Origin: a virus
Lineage: Duplodnaviria; Caudoviricetes
IMG/VR virus record: IMGVR_UViG_3300032086_004057
Location: 26,208-90,207 of that record
Direction: 5' to 3' (one strand)
DNA length: 64,000 nt
Shown here: one piece after another, positions 1 to 8,668 of the stretch
How positions within the stretch are numbered: the first letter of the stretch is position 1
Layout: every line of letters starts with the position of its first letter
Program-made: the position numbers and the translations under genes
The notes under the pieces: model-generated
Told to the model about the DNA's origin: nothing
Databases searched by the model: none
The model's input: only the letters and a program-made list of their open reading frames with translations

Positions 1-270
1 ACGCACGGTTAATTACCGTGGGAATGCCCGCCGTATTGTGGTATATCAGACGTAATCGAAGTTTTTGAGTACAGTCCCTTCAGCCTTATTAAAGGTAGTC
101 TGGTAGCGAAAATTATTTCGCCAGTATATTGTCGCAGAATGTCCCATCTGCATAAACAACACAGGGGCTATGGAAAAGCTTCATGGCGTTAAAGACTATA
201 TGCACAGTGCCCCCCTTACTGGGGGGGGTACTTGTGTCTATAGTGCTTGGAAAAGCATTCAGCGTTAGAA
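1..270. ncRNA. Candidate structured non-coding RNA or structured intergenic element, 5'-truncated by the window edge; family unknown
   Basis: No convincing ORF and visibly GC-richer than the flanking CDS. At least 7 stem-loops: 4-20, 83-96, 100-124, 134-151, 167-187, 195-244, 245-263. Two of them share a GGAAAAGC loop region. Confidence 0.4.
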
Positions 271-283
271 TATATAAAAAATT

Positions 284-1009
284 ATGAATGAACAAAAAAA
301 TAAACCTACTTCACTATTTGTGGCTACCCCATGCTACGGCGGCATGGTTACACAAGAGTATACATTAAGTATGCTTAATTTGACTCATGCTTGTTTAATT
401 AATAATATTAATTTAAACGTTAGGTTAGTGGGTAATGAAAGCTTGATTACAAGAGGTAGGAATCATCTTGTTTCAGCATTTATGGCTTCCGATTTTGAAA
501 ACTTTATGTTTATTGACGCGGACATAGAGTTTGACGCTATGGATGTTATAAAAATGCTAAAGTATGATGAGTTAGTTCTATCTGGGGCTTACCCGCTAAA
601 GACTGAACCTATCAAGTATGTTGTAAATGGAATGAGTAATGAAAAGCATAATAAATATGAAAATTTACTATCTGTAAGGGATACTGGCACTGGTTTTTTA
701 CTTTTCAAAAGAGAGGTTATAGAAAAAATGAAAAAAGCCTACCCAGAGCTCCATTATGAGACTGATCTAGATTGTGAGTCATACATGGGAATTCAAGATG
801 AAAATTACAAAAATAAATTAAAGGAAAATCTTTACAGTTTGTTTGACACAATGCATGACACAGAAGATAACAATAGGTACCTATCTGAAGATTTTACCTT
901 TTGTAAAAGATGGAAAGACATAGGTGGTGAGATTTGGTTGGACACAGACATAAACTTGAGTCATGTTGGTAGAAAGAAATACGTAGGAGATTCAGATAAA
1001 ATAAAATGA
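284..1009 (+). CDS. GT-A fold glycosyltransferase-like protein (GT2-related)
   Basis: FVATPCYGG start, ESLITRGRN, FIDADI (DxD), YLSEDFTFC..W...GGEIWLD, LSHVG. Confidence 0.7.
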   Translation: MNEQKNKPTSLFVATPCYGGMVTQEYTLSMLNLTHACLINNINLNVRLVGNESLITRGRNHLVSAFMASDFENFMFIDADIEFDAMDVIKMLKYDELVLSGAYPLKTEPIKYVVNGMSNEKHNKYENLLSVRDTGTGFLLFKREVIEKMKKAYPELHYETDLDCESYMGIQDENYKNKLKENLYSLFDTMHDTEDNNRYLSEDFTFCKRWKDIGGEIWLDTDINLSHVGRKKYVGDSDKIK

Positions 1010-1626
1010 AGATAATCGGATTAGCTGGGGTAGCTGGAGCAGGTAAAGATTTGTTTTGTAAACTACTGTCAGAAGAACTCGACTGCCAAAGGTTTTCATT
1101 AGGTGATGAACTTAAAGAGGAGATAAAGCCTCACTGCTTAAAGCACTTCAACATCGACCCCACTACATGCTCTAGAGAGGATAAAAATTTTTTAAGGCCA
1201 ATCCTTGTTTCTCACGCAGGAGCTAAAAGAAAAATGTCAAAAGGAAGATACTGGATAGACAAAGTTGACCCAAAATTAAAGAATTATTTTTTTGAACGTA
1301 ATGTAGGAAATCAAAACACAGAAAATCAAGTTTGCTGCGTTACTGATATAAGATACTGCGAATACGATCACGATGAAGTATCTTGGTTAAAAAATGAATT
1401 AAATGGTATTTTAGTTCATATATCTCAATTTAAAATTATTAATTCACAGAGAGTTTTAAAATCTGGCGCAAATGAAGATGAAATCAAGTACGACCCAATA
1501 CTTAAAAGTTTATCTGACATTTCTTACGAGTGCGAGTTCATTGAAGGAGATTTAGAGTCTGTAGAATTAAAGCTTAAAAATAGTGTGATAAAAGATTTTT
1601 TAAAACAATTAAAAAAACTACCTTGA
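1006..1626 (+). CDS. Deoxynucleoside monophosphate kinase (phage dNMP kinase-like)
   Basis: N-terminal P-loop IIGLAGVAGAGKD, FSLGDELK, R..L...G/A..R..S.GRYW, VTDIRY..E. Confidence 0.75.
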   Translation: MKIIGLAGVAGAGKDLFCKLLSEELDCQRFSLGDELKEEIKPHCLKHFNIDPTTCSREDKNFLRPILVSHAGAKRKMSKGRYWIDKVDPKLKNYFFERNVGNQNTENQVCCVTDIRYCEYDHDEVSWLKNELNGILVHISQFKIINSQRVLKSGANEDEIKYDPILKSLSDISYECEFIEGDLESVELKLKNSVIKDFLKQLKKLP

Positions 1627-1651
1627 CATATTTTAAAAAAATACATAACTT
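1623..1651 (+). promoter_or_regulatory. Sigma70-like promoter
   Basis: TTGACA (1623-1628), 17-nt spacer, TAACTT (1646-1651), directly upstream of the 1661 ATG. Confidence 0.55.
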
Positions 1652-1660
1652 AGTCGAAGC

Positions 1661-1972
1661 ATGAGTGATTCAAATCAAACTAATAACGGCGGAGATTGGA
1701 AAGACAGAGAGATCGGAGCTCTTTGGTTAAAGAAGAGCGCCTCTGGCACAAAATATCTTTCTGGTCATATCGAGACTGGGGAAAACGACGATATCGATTC
1801 TGAGAAAACTAGAGTTATTGTTTTCGCTAATAAAGACAAGAAAAACGATAGAGCTCCAGATTACAGAATGTACCTATCGGAAACTCCTCAGAGCTCTGGT
1901 AAGAGCAAAGAGTCTTCAGCTACTGAAACTCAAGATGCCGTAGAAGAAGACGAAGAGCTTGATGTCCTATAA
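1661..1972 (+). CDS. DUF736-like small beta protein with acidic tail; possible ssDNA-binding protein
   Basis: EIGALWLKKSASGTKYLSG and FANKDK..DRAPDYR resemble DUF736; C-terminus EEDEELDVL. Confidence 0.55.
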   Translation: MSDSNQTNNGGDWKDREIGALWLKKSASGTKYLSGHIETGENDDIDSEKTRVIVFANKDKKNDRAPDYRMYLSETPQSSGKSKESSATETQDAVEEDEELDVL

Positions 1973-1981
1973 AAGATATTC

Positions 1982-3064
1982 ATGAGCTTCTCTTTTAATG
2001 CTCCATTAGGAGAAGTCTCTTTTGGGCAGGTATCAACCCTGCTCCTAAGAGGCTTTTTTTCTCGTGATTTACACCCAAACGTATTTGTAATTGGGCAAAA
2101 TCCTACTTTTTCATCACAAAAACAGGATCAAGCTTTTTTTAGCTATGTAAATCAATGCATCGGGAAAGCTCACGAGTCTCACTCTAGAGATACCCCATGC
2201 TTAAAGCTTTGGCACCTTAATCAAGGGATGGATTCCTTTTCTAAAACTCACTATCTTTTTACGTTTTATGAGTTAGATCAACCAACAAGCTACGAGATAA
2301 ATGTTGCTAAAAATTGTGATAAATTAATTTTTACAAATAATTATACTAAAGATGTGTTTGATCAGTTCGGAGTAGAAAGCGAAGTCGTCCCCCTTGCTTT
2401 TGATAGCTTTAATTTTAAAAAATTAAATAAAAATTACTTCGATGACGATAGGATCGTTTTTAACCTCTCTGGTAAATTCGAAAAAAGAAAACACCACGAA
2501 AAAATTATCAGAGCTTGGAGTAAAAAATTTGGTAATAACAAGAAATATTACCTACAGTGCTCGCTTTACAACCCATTCTTAAACGAACAATTAAATAAGC
2601 AAAACTTCGTAAGATCGTTAGACGGTAAAAGTTATTTTAATATACAATTCCTTGGTCACATGCCAACTAATGAACTCTATAATGATTACTTAAATTCTGG
2701 AGACATCATTATAGGTATGTCTGGCGCGGAGGGTTGGGGCTTACCTGAGTTTCAGTCTACGGCTATCGGGAAGCACTCTGTAATCCTTGACGCGCATGGG
2801 TATAAAGAATGGGCAAACGAAGAAAATAGCACACTCGTACAGCCAAATGGAAAAATTGAAGCTTACGATGGCTTATTCTTTAAACCGAATCAACCCTACA
2901 ATCAGGGTAATATATATGACTTTTCTGAGGATGATTTCATATCCGCTTGTGAAGAGGCGATAAAGAAAACTGAATCCAATAAGATTAATGAAAGTGGGTT
3001 AAAAATACAAAAAGACTTCTCACTTGATAATACTTTAGATAAACTTCTATCCATTATAGGGTAA
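1982..3064 (+). CDS. GT-B fold glycosyltransferase (GT4-like)
   Basis: FNLSGKFEKRKHHE, then SGAEGWGLPEFQSTAIGKHSVI, the GT4 EGFGLP..EA-type motif. Confidence 0.75.
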   Translation: MSFSFNAPLGEVSFGQVSTLLLRGFFSRDLHPNVFVIGQNPTFSSQKQDQAFFSYVNQCIGKAHESHSRDTPCLKLWHLNQGMDSFSKTHYLFTFYELDQPTSYEINVAKNCDKLIFTNNYTKDVFDQFGVESEVVPLAFDSFNFKKLNKNYFDDDRIVFNLSGKFEKRKHHEKIIRAWSKKFGNNKKYYLQCSLYNPFLNEQLNKQNFVRSLDGKSYFNIQFLGHMPTNELYNDYLNSGDIIIGMSGAEGWGLPEFQSTAIGKHSVILDAHGYKEWANEENSTLVQPNGKIEAYDGLFFKPNQPYNQGNIYDFSEDDFISACEEAIKKTESNKINESGLKIQKDFSLDNTLDKLLSIIG

Positions 3065-3065
3065 A

Positions 3066-3449
3066 ATGCCGATATACATTTTCCAGAACCCGACCACTCA
3101 AGAGGTAATTGAAATCCAGCAGAGGGTGAAAGACGAACATAAGTATACCGATGAAAACGGATTAGAATGGAACAGGGTTTTTACCGTACCAAACGCAAGT
3201 GTACCGAATATGACTAGAATAGACGCTGGCTCTGAGAAAGACTTTATGGCTAAAACTCAAGGCTCAGGGGGCACATACGGTGACCTTTTCGATTTATCTA
3301 AAGAGTTAAGCGAAAAAAGAAAATCCAAAAGCGCAGATGGAAAAGACCCAGTTGAGCAAAAATTCTTCAAAAATTATTCCAACAAAAGAAAAGGGTTAAA
3401 ACATCAAAACGATAAACGCTCTAGCTCTGGCGGGACATTAGAAGTATGA
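3066..3449 (+). CDS. FmdB-like (MPIY) small protein lacking the zinc-ribbon cysteines
   Basis: MPIYIFQNPTTQEVIEI matches the MPxYxYxCxxCGxxFE pattern, but has no Cys. Confidence 0.5.
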   Translation: MPIYIFQNPTTQEVIEIQQRVKDEHKYTDENGLEWNRVFTVPNASVPNMTRIDAGSEKDFMAKTQGSGGTYGDLFDLSKELSEKRKSKSADGKDPVEQKFFKNYSNKRKGLKHQNDKRSSSGGTLEV

Positions 3450-4711
3450 AATTTTCTATTTTCACGCCTTCTCACAACTTAAAAAGAATTGATCGCACCA
3501 TAGAAAGCGTAGCGAATCAGTCGTTTAAAGATTTCGAATGGATAATCTGCCTTAATAACGACGCGCTAGATTCCGATTTAGAGCTAAAAGCCAAATTAAT
3601 GGATAAAGGTATTACCTATAAAATACTTAAATGGCATGGTGATACAGACAAAATAGGAGCCCTCAAAAAATTCTGCTGCGCTAAATCTCAGGGCGAATTA
3701 TTATTAGAATTAGATCACGATGATGAACTTTCCCCAGATTGTCTAGAGGAGATTAACAAAGCTCACGAGCAACATAAAGCTGATTTTTATTACTCAGATG
3801 ATATAGATATCGTTGAGTCAAGCGGTGAATCTATAGCGCCTTACTCAGAAGAGTTTGGGTGGAAATACTATAAATGCGAACGCACTGGTATGACCGCAAC
3901 CAGAGCTTTTAGTCCATCCCCTCTTACGTTTAGCTATATATGGTACGCTCCAAATCACGTAAGAGTATGGTCTAAGTCTTTTTACGAATCTATAGGTGGT
4001 CACAACGAGGAAATGGATATTCTGGATGACCACGAGCTTCTTTGCAGAACTTACATCGAAGGTAAAGTATTTCACATAGAAAAACCGTTGTACATTTACT
4101 GGAGACACGAAGAGAATACTTGCTACGGCGAGAAAAATGCAAAAATACAAAACTTAACTGTTGAGCTTCATGATAAATACATTCAAGACCTTTGTAAGAA
4201 ATGGAGCGACATTAACAATCTTAAAAAATTAGACCTCTGTTGTCATCAATACAAAGCTGAAGGCTTTTCTGGAGTAGATGCTTACCCCTACCCAAACGTT
4301 GACGTAGTGTGCGACCTAGATAAACCCGATTGGCCATTCGAAGATAATAGCGTTGGCGTTTTCAGAATGCAGGACGCGCTAGAACATTTAAAAAACCCAG
4401 TTCAAACAATGAAAGAGCTATATAGATGTCTGGCTCCCAATGGGTGGGTTTTAATCAACGTGCCAAACACGGATGGTAGAGGAGCATTTCAAGACCCCAC
4501 TCACGTTTCATTTTGGAATAGTAACAGTTTTTGGTATTACACTAAGGCTCAACAAGCTCAGTTTATTAATACCCCAGTAAAATTCAAATTGGCAAGAATA
4601 GCAAATTACTATCCATCTCAATTTCACGAAACTCACCTAATAGGGTATACTAAAGCTCACTTAATGAAGCTTGAGGACGGTGTTATTCCCGCTGGTGGTA
4701 GAGAAATCTAA
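3446..4711 (+). CDS. GT2 glycosyltransferase fused to a C-terminal class I SAM-dependent methyltransferase domain
   Basis: FSIFTPSHN, ELDHDDEL, GGHNEEMDILDDHEL (GT2). Then GVD....NVDVVCDL....WPFEDNSV, ALEHL, ELYRCLAPNGW, DPTHVSFW (MTase). Confidence 0.8.
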   Translation: MKFSIFTPSHNLKRIDRTIESVANQSFKDFEWIICLNNDALDSDLELKAKLMDKGITYKILKWHGDTDKIGALKKFCCAKSQGELLLELDHDDELSPDCLEEINKAHEQHKADFYYSDDIDIVESSGESIAPYSEEFGWKYYKCERTGMTATRAFSPSPLTFSYIWYAPNHVRVWSKSFYESIGGHNEEMDILDDHELLCRTYIEGKVFHIEKPLYIYWRHEENTCYGEKNAKIQNLTVELHDKYIQDLCKKWSDINNLKKLDLCCHQYKAEGFSGVDAYPYPNVDVVCDLDKPDWPFEDNSVGVFRMQDALEHLKNPVQTMKELYRCLAPNGWVLINVPNTDGRGAFQDPTHVSFWNSNSFWYYTKAQQAQFINTPVKFKLARIANYYPSQFHETHLIGYTKAHLMKLEDGVIPAGGREI

Positions 4712-4788
4712 CCATCTCTACACAATTTTTATTTGCAGAAAAAGTATTTTTCTTATTCTGTAAATTTTACTTTCTTTAAGAGAAAAAA

Positions 4789-4801
4789 AATGTAAATATA
4801 C
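4789..4801 (+). promoter_or_regulatory. Recurring RTGTAWWW promoter-like motif upstream of nrdA
   Basis: AATGTAAATATAC, with TGTA at 4791, 27 nt before the ATG. The same motif occurs in 8 other intergenic gaps. Confidence 0.45.
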
Positions 4802-4817
4802 TCGAACTATTTAATAA

Positions 4818-7259
4818 ATGAACTCCTCAGATTTACAAGTTAAGAAAAGAAACGGTAGACTCGAAAAGCTCGATATTTCTAAAATCAATAAATGCGCCGA
4901 AAGAGCTTGCGATAATTTAGACAGTGTTTCAGCCAGTGAAGTTGTTTTAGATGCTCATGTTCAACTTTACGATAAAATTACAACAAAAGAGATAGATAAA
5001 GCGCTAGTTATGTCCGCTAGGCAAAAAATGGACAAAGAACCAAACTATTCGTATGTAGCAGCCAAACTACTACTTGGAAATATTCACAAAGAAGTTTTTG
5101 GCTCTAGCGTAGATAAGGATGTATTCGATAGCCAGTACAGATTATCTTTTATTAAAAATATTAAATCTTTAATCAAGGAAAATATCCTTAATGAAAAGCT
5201 CCTAGACTTTGACTTAAAAAAGCTATCAGAATCATTACAGCTTGAAAGAGATTTCAAGTTTAAATACCTTGGGTTGCAAATATTAAATGATAGATACTTC
5301 CATAAAGTTAACGGCAGAGTTATGGAGTCGCCTCAATCCTTCTGGATGAGAGTAGCGATGGGTCTCGCTATAAACGAAGAAGATAAAAACGAAAAAGCTA
5401 TCGAGTTCTATAATGTCCTTTCGGAGTTTAGATTGTGCTGCTCGACACCGACATTATTTAACAGTGGTAGTAATCGTAGCCAGCTTTCTAGCTGTTATCT
5501 GAACACTTTCGACGATTCTATTGATGGAATTTTTGACGGAGCTTGGCAGGAAGCTAGAAAATCTAAATACGCTGGAGGCTTAGGGTTTGATGTTTCTAAT
5601 TTTAGGTCTTCTGGTTCTCATATTAAGGGTACCAATGGAACATCTAGCGGATTAGTGCCTTGGCTTAAAATCTACAACGACCTTTTGGTTGCCGTCAACC
5701 AAGGCGGGAAAAGACCAGGTGCTGGGTGCGCGTACTTGGAGCCTTGGCATCTAGACATAGAAGAGTTCCTCGATCTTAAAAAGAACACTGGAGACGAACG
5801 CAGACGCTGCCATGATTTAAATACAGCCAACTGGTTAAATAACCTTTTCCTAGAGTATGTTAAAAGCGACAAAGATTGGTATCTTTTCTCCCCATCCGAT
5901 GTTCGCGATCTGCATGAATTGTATGGTGATAACTTCGATAAGAAGTATAAAAAATACTGCAAGCTTGCTGATAACGGTGAGTTGAAAAATTTTAAAATCG
6001 TAAAAGCAAAAGATTTGTGGAAAAGAATGCTGAGAGTGCTTTTTGAAACTGGTCATCCTTGGATGACCTTCAAAGATAACTCAAACATGAGATACTCTAA
6101 TTCACACGAAGGTGTGATTCATAGCTCAAACCTATGTACCGAAATTTTCTTACACACTAAACCCTCGTTATTTAAAGAAGGGGATAAGGTAGAGGTTGGA
6201 GAAACTGCGGTGTGCAACCTTAGCTCTGTAAACCTAAACCAGCACATCAAAGAAGATAACACTCTTGATTTTGAATTGCTTGCGGAGACTATAGCCATTC
6301 AAATGAGAATGCTCGATAATGTTATTGACTTAAATTTTTACCCAACTCAAGAGGCCGAAAAATCAAACTTAAAGCACAGACCTATCGGGGCTGGCTCAAT
6401 GGGTTGGCATGATGTTTTTCACGCTTACAATATTAGCTACTCGTCAAAAGATGCTGTTAAGTTCTCAGATGAGCTTTATGAGTTTATTTCTTATCATTGC
6501 ATCTTAAACTCAAGTAAAATCGCGAAAGAAAAAGGCGCTTACTCTACCTACGAGGGTTCGCTTTGGAGTAAAGGCGTTTTACCCATTGATACTTACAAGT
6601 CATTAATGGAATACCTTGATGAAAAACCTATCTTACACAGAGGCAAAAAGTATTGTCCAGAAGTGAATTGGAACGCTGCGAGAGATCATATCTCTGAAAA
6701 CGGAATGAGAAACAGCAATACTATGGCTATCGCCCCTACTGCAACCATCTCTTATATCCAAGGGTGTTCGCCATCGATTGATCCAGATTTTTCGACTTTC
6801 TTTGTTTACGAAAATAAAAGCGGCAACCTATTTATCACTAATGAATGGTTCGTTAACAAATGCAAAAAACTCGGTATATGGAACAAGCCTTTTATTGAGG
6901 CTCTTAAATCAGCAGATGGAGACGTTTCGCTATTAGATTCGTCAACTATCCCAGAGGAACTAAAAGAAAACTACAAAACCGCATTTGATCAAGATCAATT
7001 CAATTTAGTTGATTGCGCTGCCGCTAGACAAAAATGGATTGACATGGGTCAGTCACTTAATTTGTTTAATAATTCAACGTCGTTAAAGCATTTGAACGAT
7101 CTTTACTTTCATGCTAAAGATAGAGGCCTTAAAAGCACCTATTACCTTAGAAACAAAAGCGCAAGTAAAATAGAAAAAACAACCAAATCGAGCGCTCCTG
7201 AAACGCAAGAGCAAAAAGCTTGCTCGATCATTGACCCGACATGTGAAAGTTGTCAATAA
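4818..7259 (+). CDS. nrdA: Ribonucleotide reductase class I large subunit with N-terminal ATP cone
   Basis: VKKRNGRLEKLDISKI ATP cone, STPTLFNSG, QLSSCY, QGGKRPGA, SSNLCTEI, MAIAPTATIS, C-terminal CESC. Confidence 0.97.
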   Translation: MNSSDLQVKKRNGRLEKLDISKINKCAERACDNLDSVSASEVVLDAHVQLYDKITTKEIDKALVMSARQKMDKEPNYSYVAAKLLLGNIHKEVFGSSVDKDVFDSQYRLSFIKNIKSLIKENILNEKLLDFDLKKLSESLQLERDFKFKYLGLQILNDRYFHKVNGRVMESPQSFWMRVAMGLAINEEDKNEKAIEFYNVLSEFRLCCSTPTLFNSGSNRSQLSSCYLNTFDDSIDGIFDGAWQEARKSKYAGGLGFDVSNFRSSGSHIKGTNGTSSGLVPWLKIYNDLLVAVNQGGKRPGAGCAYLEPWHLDIEEFLDLKKNTGDERRRCHDLNTANWLNNLFLEYVKSDKDWYLFSPSDVRDLHELYGDNFDKKYKKYCKLADNGELKNFKIVKAKDLWKRMLRVLFETGHPWMTFKDNSNMRYSNSHEGVIHSSNLCTEIFLHTKPSLFKEGDKVEVGETAVCNLSSVNLNQHIKEDNTLDFELLAETIAIQMRMLDNVIDLNFYPTQEAEKSNLKHRPIGAGSMGWHDVFHAYNISYSSKDAVKFSDELYEFISYHCILNSSKIAKEKGAYSTYEGSLWSKGVLPIDTYKSLMEYLDEKPILHRGKKYCPEVNWNAARDHISENGMRNSNTMAIAPTATISYIQGCSPSIDPDFSTFFVYENKSGNLFITNEWFVNKCKKLGIWNKPFIEALKSADGDVSLLDSSTIPEELKENYKTAFDQDQFNLVDCAAARQKWIDMGQSLNLFNNSTSLKHLNDLYFHAKDRGLKSTYYLRNKSASKIEKTTKSSAPETQEQKACSIIDPTCESCQ

Positions 7260-7282
7260 ATTGTATAAGTATTGTATAAATT

Positions 7283-7295
7283 AGTGTATAAAATA
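7283..7295 (+). promoter_or_regulatory. RTGTAWWW motif upstream of nrdB (third of three TGTATAA copies)
   Basis: AGTGTATAAAATA. TGTATAA occurs at 7262, 7273 and 7285. Confidence 0.45.
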
Positions 7296-7297
7296 TT

Positions 7298-8308
7298 ATG
7301 AGTAAAAGTGGATTATTATTGGGTGAAGAAATAGCGGGCGTGAATCAAATTTTACCCCATAAACATCAGTTCGCATGGGATTTATTCCTTAAAGGTGTAG
7401 CAAATAACTGGTCTCCGTCCGAGATAAATATGACCGATGACGTTGACCAATGGAAGGGTGAAGAACTTACTGAAGATGAAAAATTACTCGTTAAAAGATG
7501 TCTTGGCTTTTTTGCTGGAAGTGAGTCCTTGGTTGGCAATAATCTACTTCTTACTGTCGCGAAATGGGTGACAGACGCTGAGTGCCGCCAATACATACTT
7601 AGACAAGCTTACGAAGAATCTCTGCATAACTGGACTGTAGTTACATGTTGCGACAGTTTTAATTTAAAAGTTTCAGAGGTTTATGAGGCTTACAACAACA
7701 TTCCATCCATCAAGGCCAAAGACGACTTCTTGATGGAGATTACTAGCGATATAAATAGAAACGATTTTACCACTAAAACAGCAGAAGGAAAAAAAGAGTT
7801 TTTAAGAAACTTAGTAACTTACTATATAGTCTGCGAAGGTACATTCTTTTTTAGCGGTTTCGCGATGCTTCTAGCTCTAGGAAGACAAAAGAAGTTAATA
7901 GGGCTGAACGATCAAATTAAATACACGCTTAGAGACGAAAGTCTGCATATCCAGTTCGGTACTTACTTAATCAACACGATTAAAGAGCAATACCCGACTA
8001 TTTGGAGTAAGAAATTTGAAGAAGAAACAGTTGACCACATCAAGAAAGCTGTAGAGCTTGAAATTAATTACGCTCATGATGTACTTCCTCGCGGCATTTT
8101 AGGTTTAAACGCTGATATGTTCGTCGATTACATGCAGTACATTGGTAACAGAAGACTCGAAGGGATTGGTATCGACTACCGCTTTGATAGCGATAACAAC
8201 CCATTCCCTTGGCTTTCCGAAGTGGTAGACACTGGGGCAATGACGAACTTTTTTGAAAGAAAAGTCAAAGACTATCAAAATTCTGGAGTTCTTGAGGACG
8301 ATTTTTAA
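7298..8308 (+). CDS. nrdB: Ribonucleotide reductase small subunit, class Ic (Mn/Fe, Chlamydia-type) signature
   Basis: NNWSPSEI, GFFAGSESLVGNN (first ligand Glu76), EESLHNWTV (Val114 at the radical Tyr position), YTLRDESLH, NPFPWLSE, NFFE..V.DY. Confidence 0.95.
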   Translation: MSKSGLLLGEEIAGVNQILPHKHQFAWDLFLKGVANNWSPSEINMTDDVDQWKGEELTEDEKLLVKRCLGFFAGSESLVGNNLLLTVAKWVTDAECRQYILRQAYEESLHNWTVVTCCDSFNLKVSEVYEAYNNIPSIKAKDDFLMEITSDINRNDFTTKTAEGKKEFLRNLVTYYIVCEGTFFFSGFAMLLALGRQKKLIGLNDQIKYTLRDESLHIQFGTYLINTIKEQYPTIWSKKFEEETVDHIKKAVELEINYAHDVLPRGILGLNADMFVDYMQYIGNRRLEGIGIDYRFDSDNNPFPWLSEVVDTGAMTNFFERKVKDYQNSGVLEDDF

Positions 8309-8313
8309 AAAAT

Positions 8314-8326
8314 AAGTGTATTAATA
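8314..8326 (+). promoter_or_regulatory. RTGTAWWW motif upstream of the 8331 gene
   Basis: AAGTGTATTAATA, with TGTA at 8317, 14 nt before the ATG. Confidence 0.45.
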
Positions 8327-8330
8327 TTAC

Positions 8331-8633
8331 ATGGAAGGCTCAGTCGATCTACAGACGTTTGTAAACATAGCTATAGGTTTAATATCCTTTTTCGGTGGGT
8401 GGATTCTCAAGGTTATTTGGGAGAAAACCAACGTTAACGCTGGCCATATAGAAGAATTGCGTGAACACCACGAGGAAGACTTAAAAGAAGCTAGGCAAAA
8501 AATAAACGACCTAGCCCTCAGTATGCCTGAGAAGTATGTTTCGAAAAGCGATTTTGACAATTTAGTTAAAGTTGTTCATCATAGGTTTGATAGGCTTGAA
8601 GAGAAAATAGACCACCTATCAGGCAGAAATTAA
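8331..8633 (+). CDS. Single-pass membrane protein with coiled coil (holin-like hypothetical)
   Basis: Hydrophobic FVNIAIGLISFFGGWILKVIW followed by heptad-rich ...RFDRLEEKID. Confidence 0.5.
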   Translation: MEGSVDLQTFVNIAIGLISFFGGWILKVIWEKTNVNAGHIEELREHHEEDLKEARQKINDLALSMPEKYVSKSDFDNLVKVVHHRFDRLEEKIDHLSGRN

Positions 8634-8662
8634 TTGATTTTCAGTCAAATACCCGTTAAAAT
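8634..8662 (+). promoter_or_regulatory. Sigma70-like promoter for the GT / NDP-sugar block
   Basis: TTGATT (8634-8639), 17-nt spacer, TAAAAT (8657-8662). Confidence 0.5.
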
Positions 8663-8668
8663 ATACGG

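Noticed and set aside
60-245. Group I intron-like words (GAGTACAGTCC resembling S, GTTAAAGACTATA resembling R)
   Set aside because: Wrong order (S-like before R-like) and no consistent P7 pairing; no interrupted gene is visible.
113-295. 60-aa minus-strand ORF
   Set aside because: No motif, overlaps the 284 gene start and lies across the hairpin-dense segment; probably a chance ORF.
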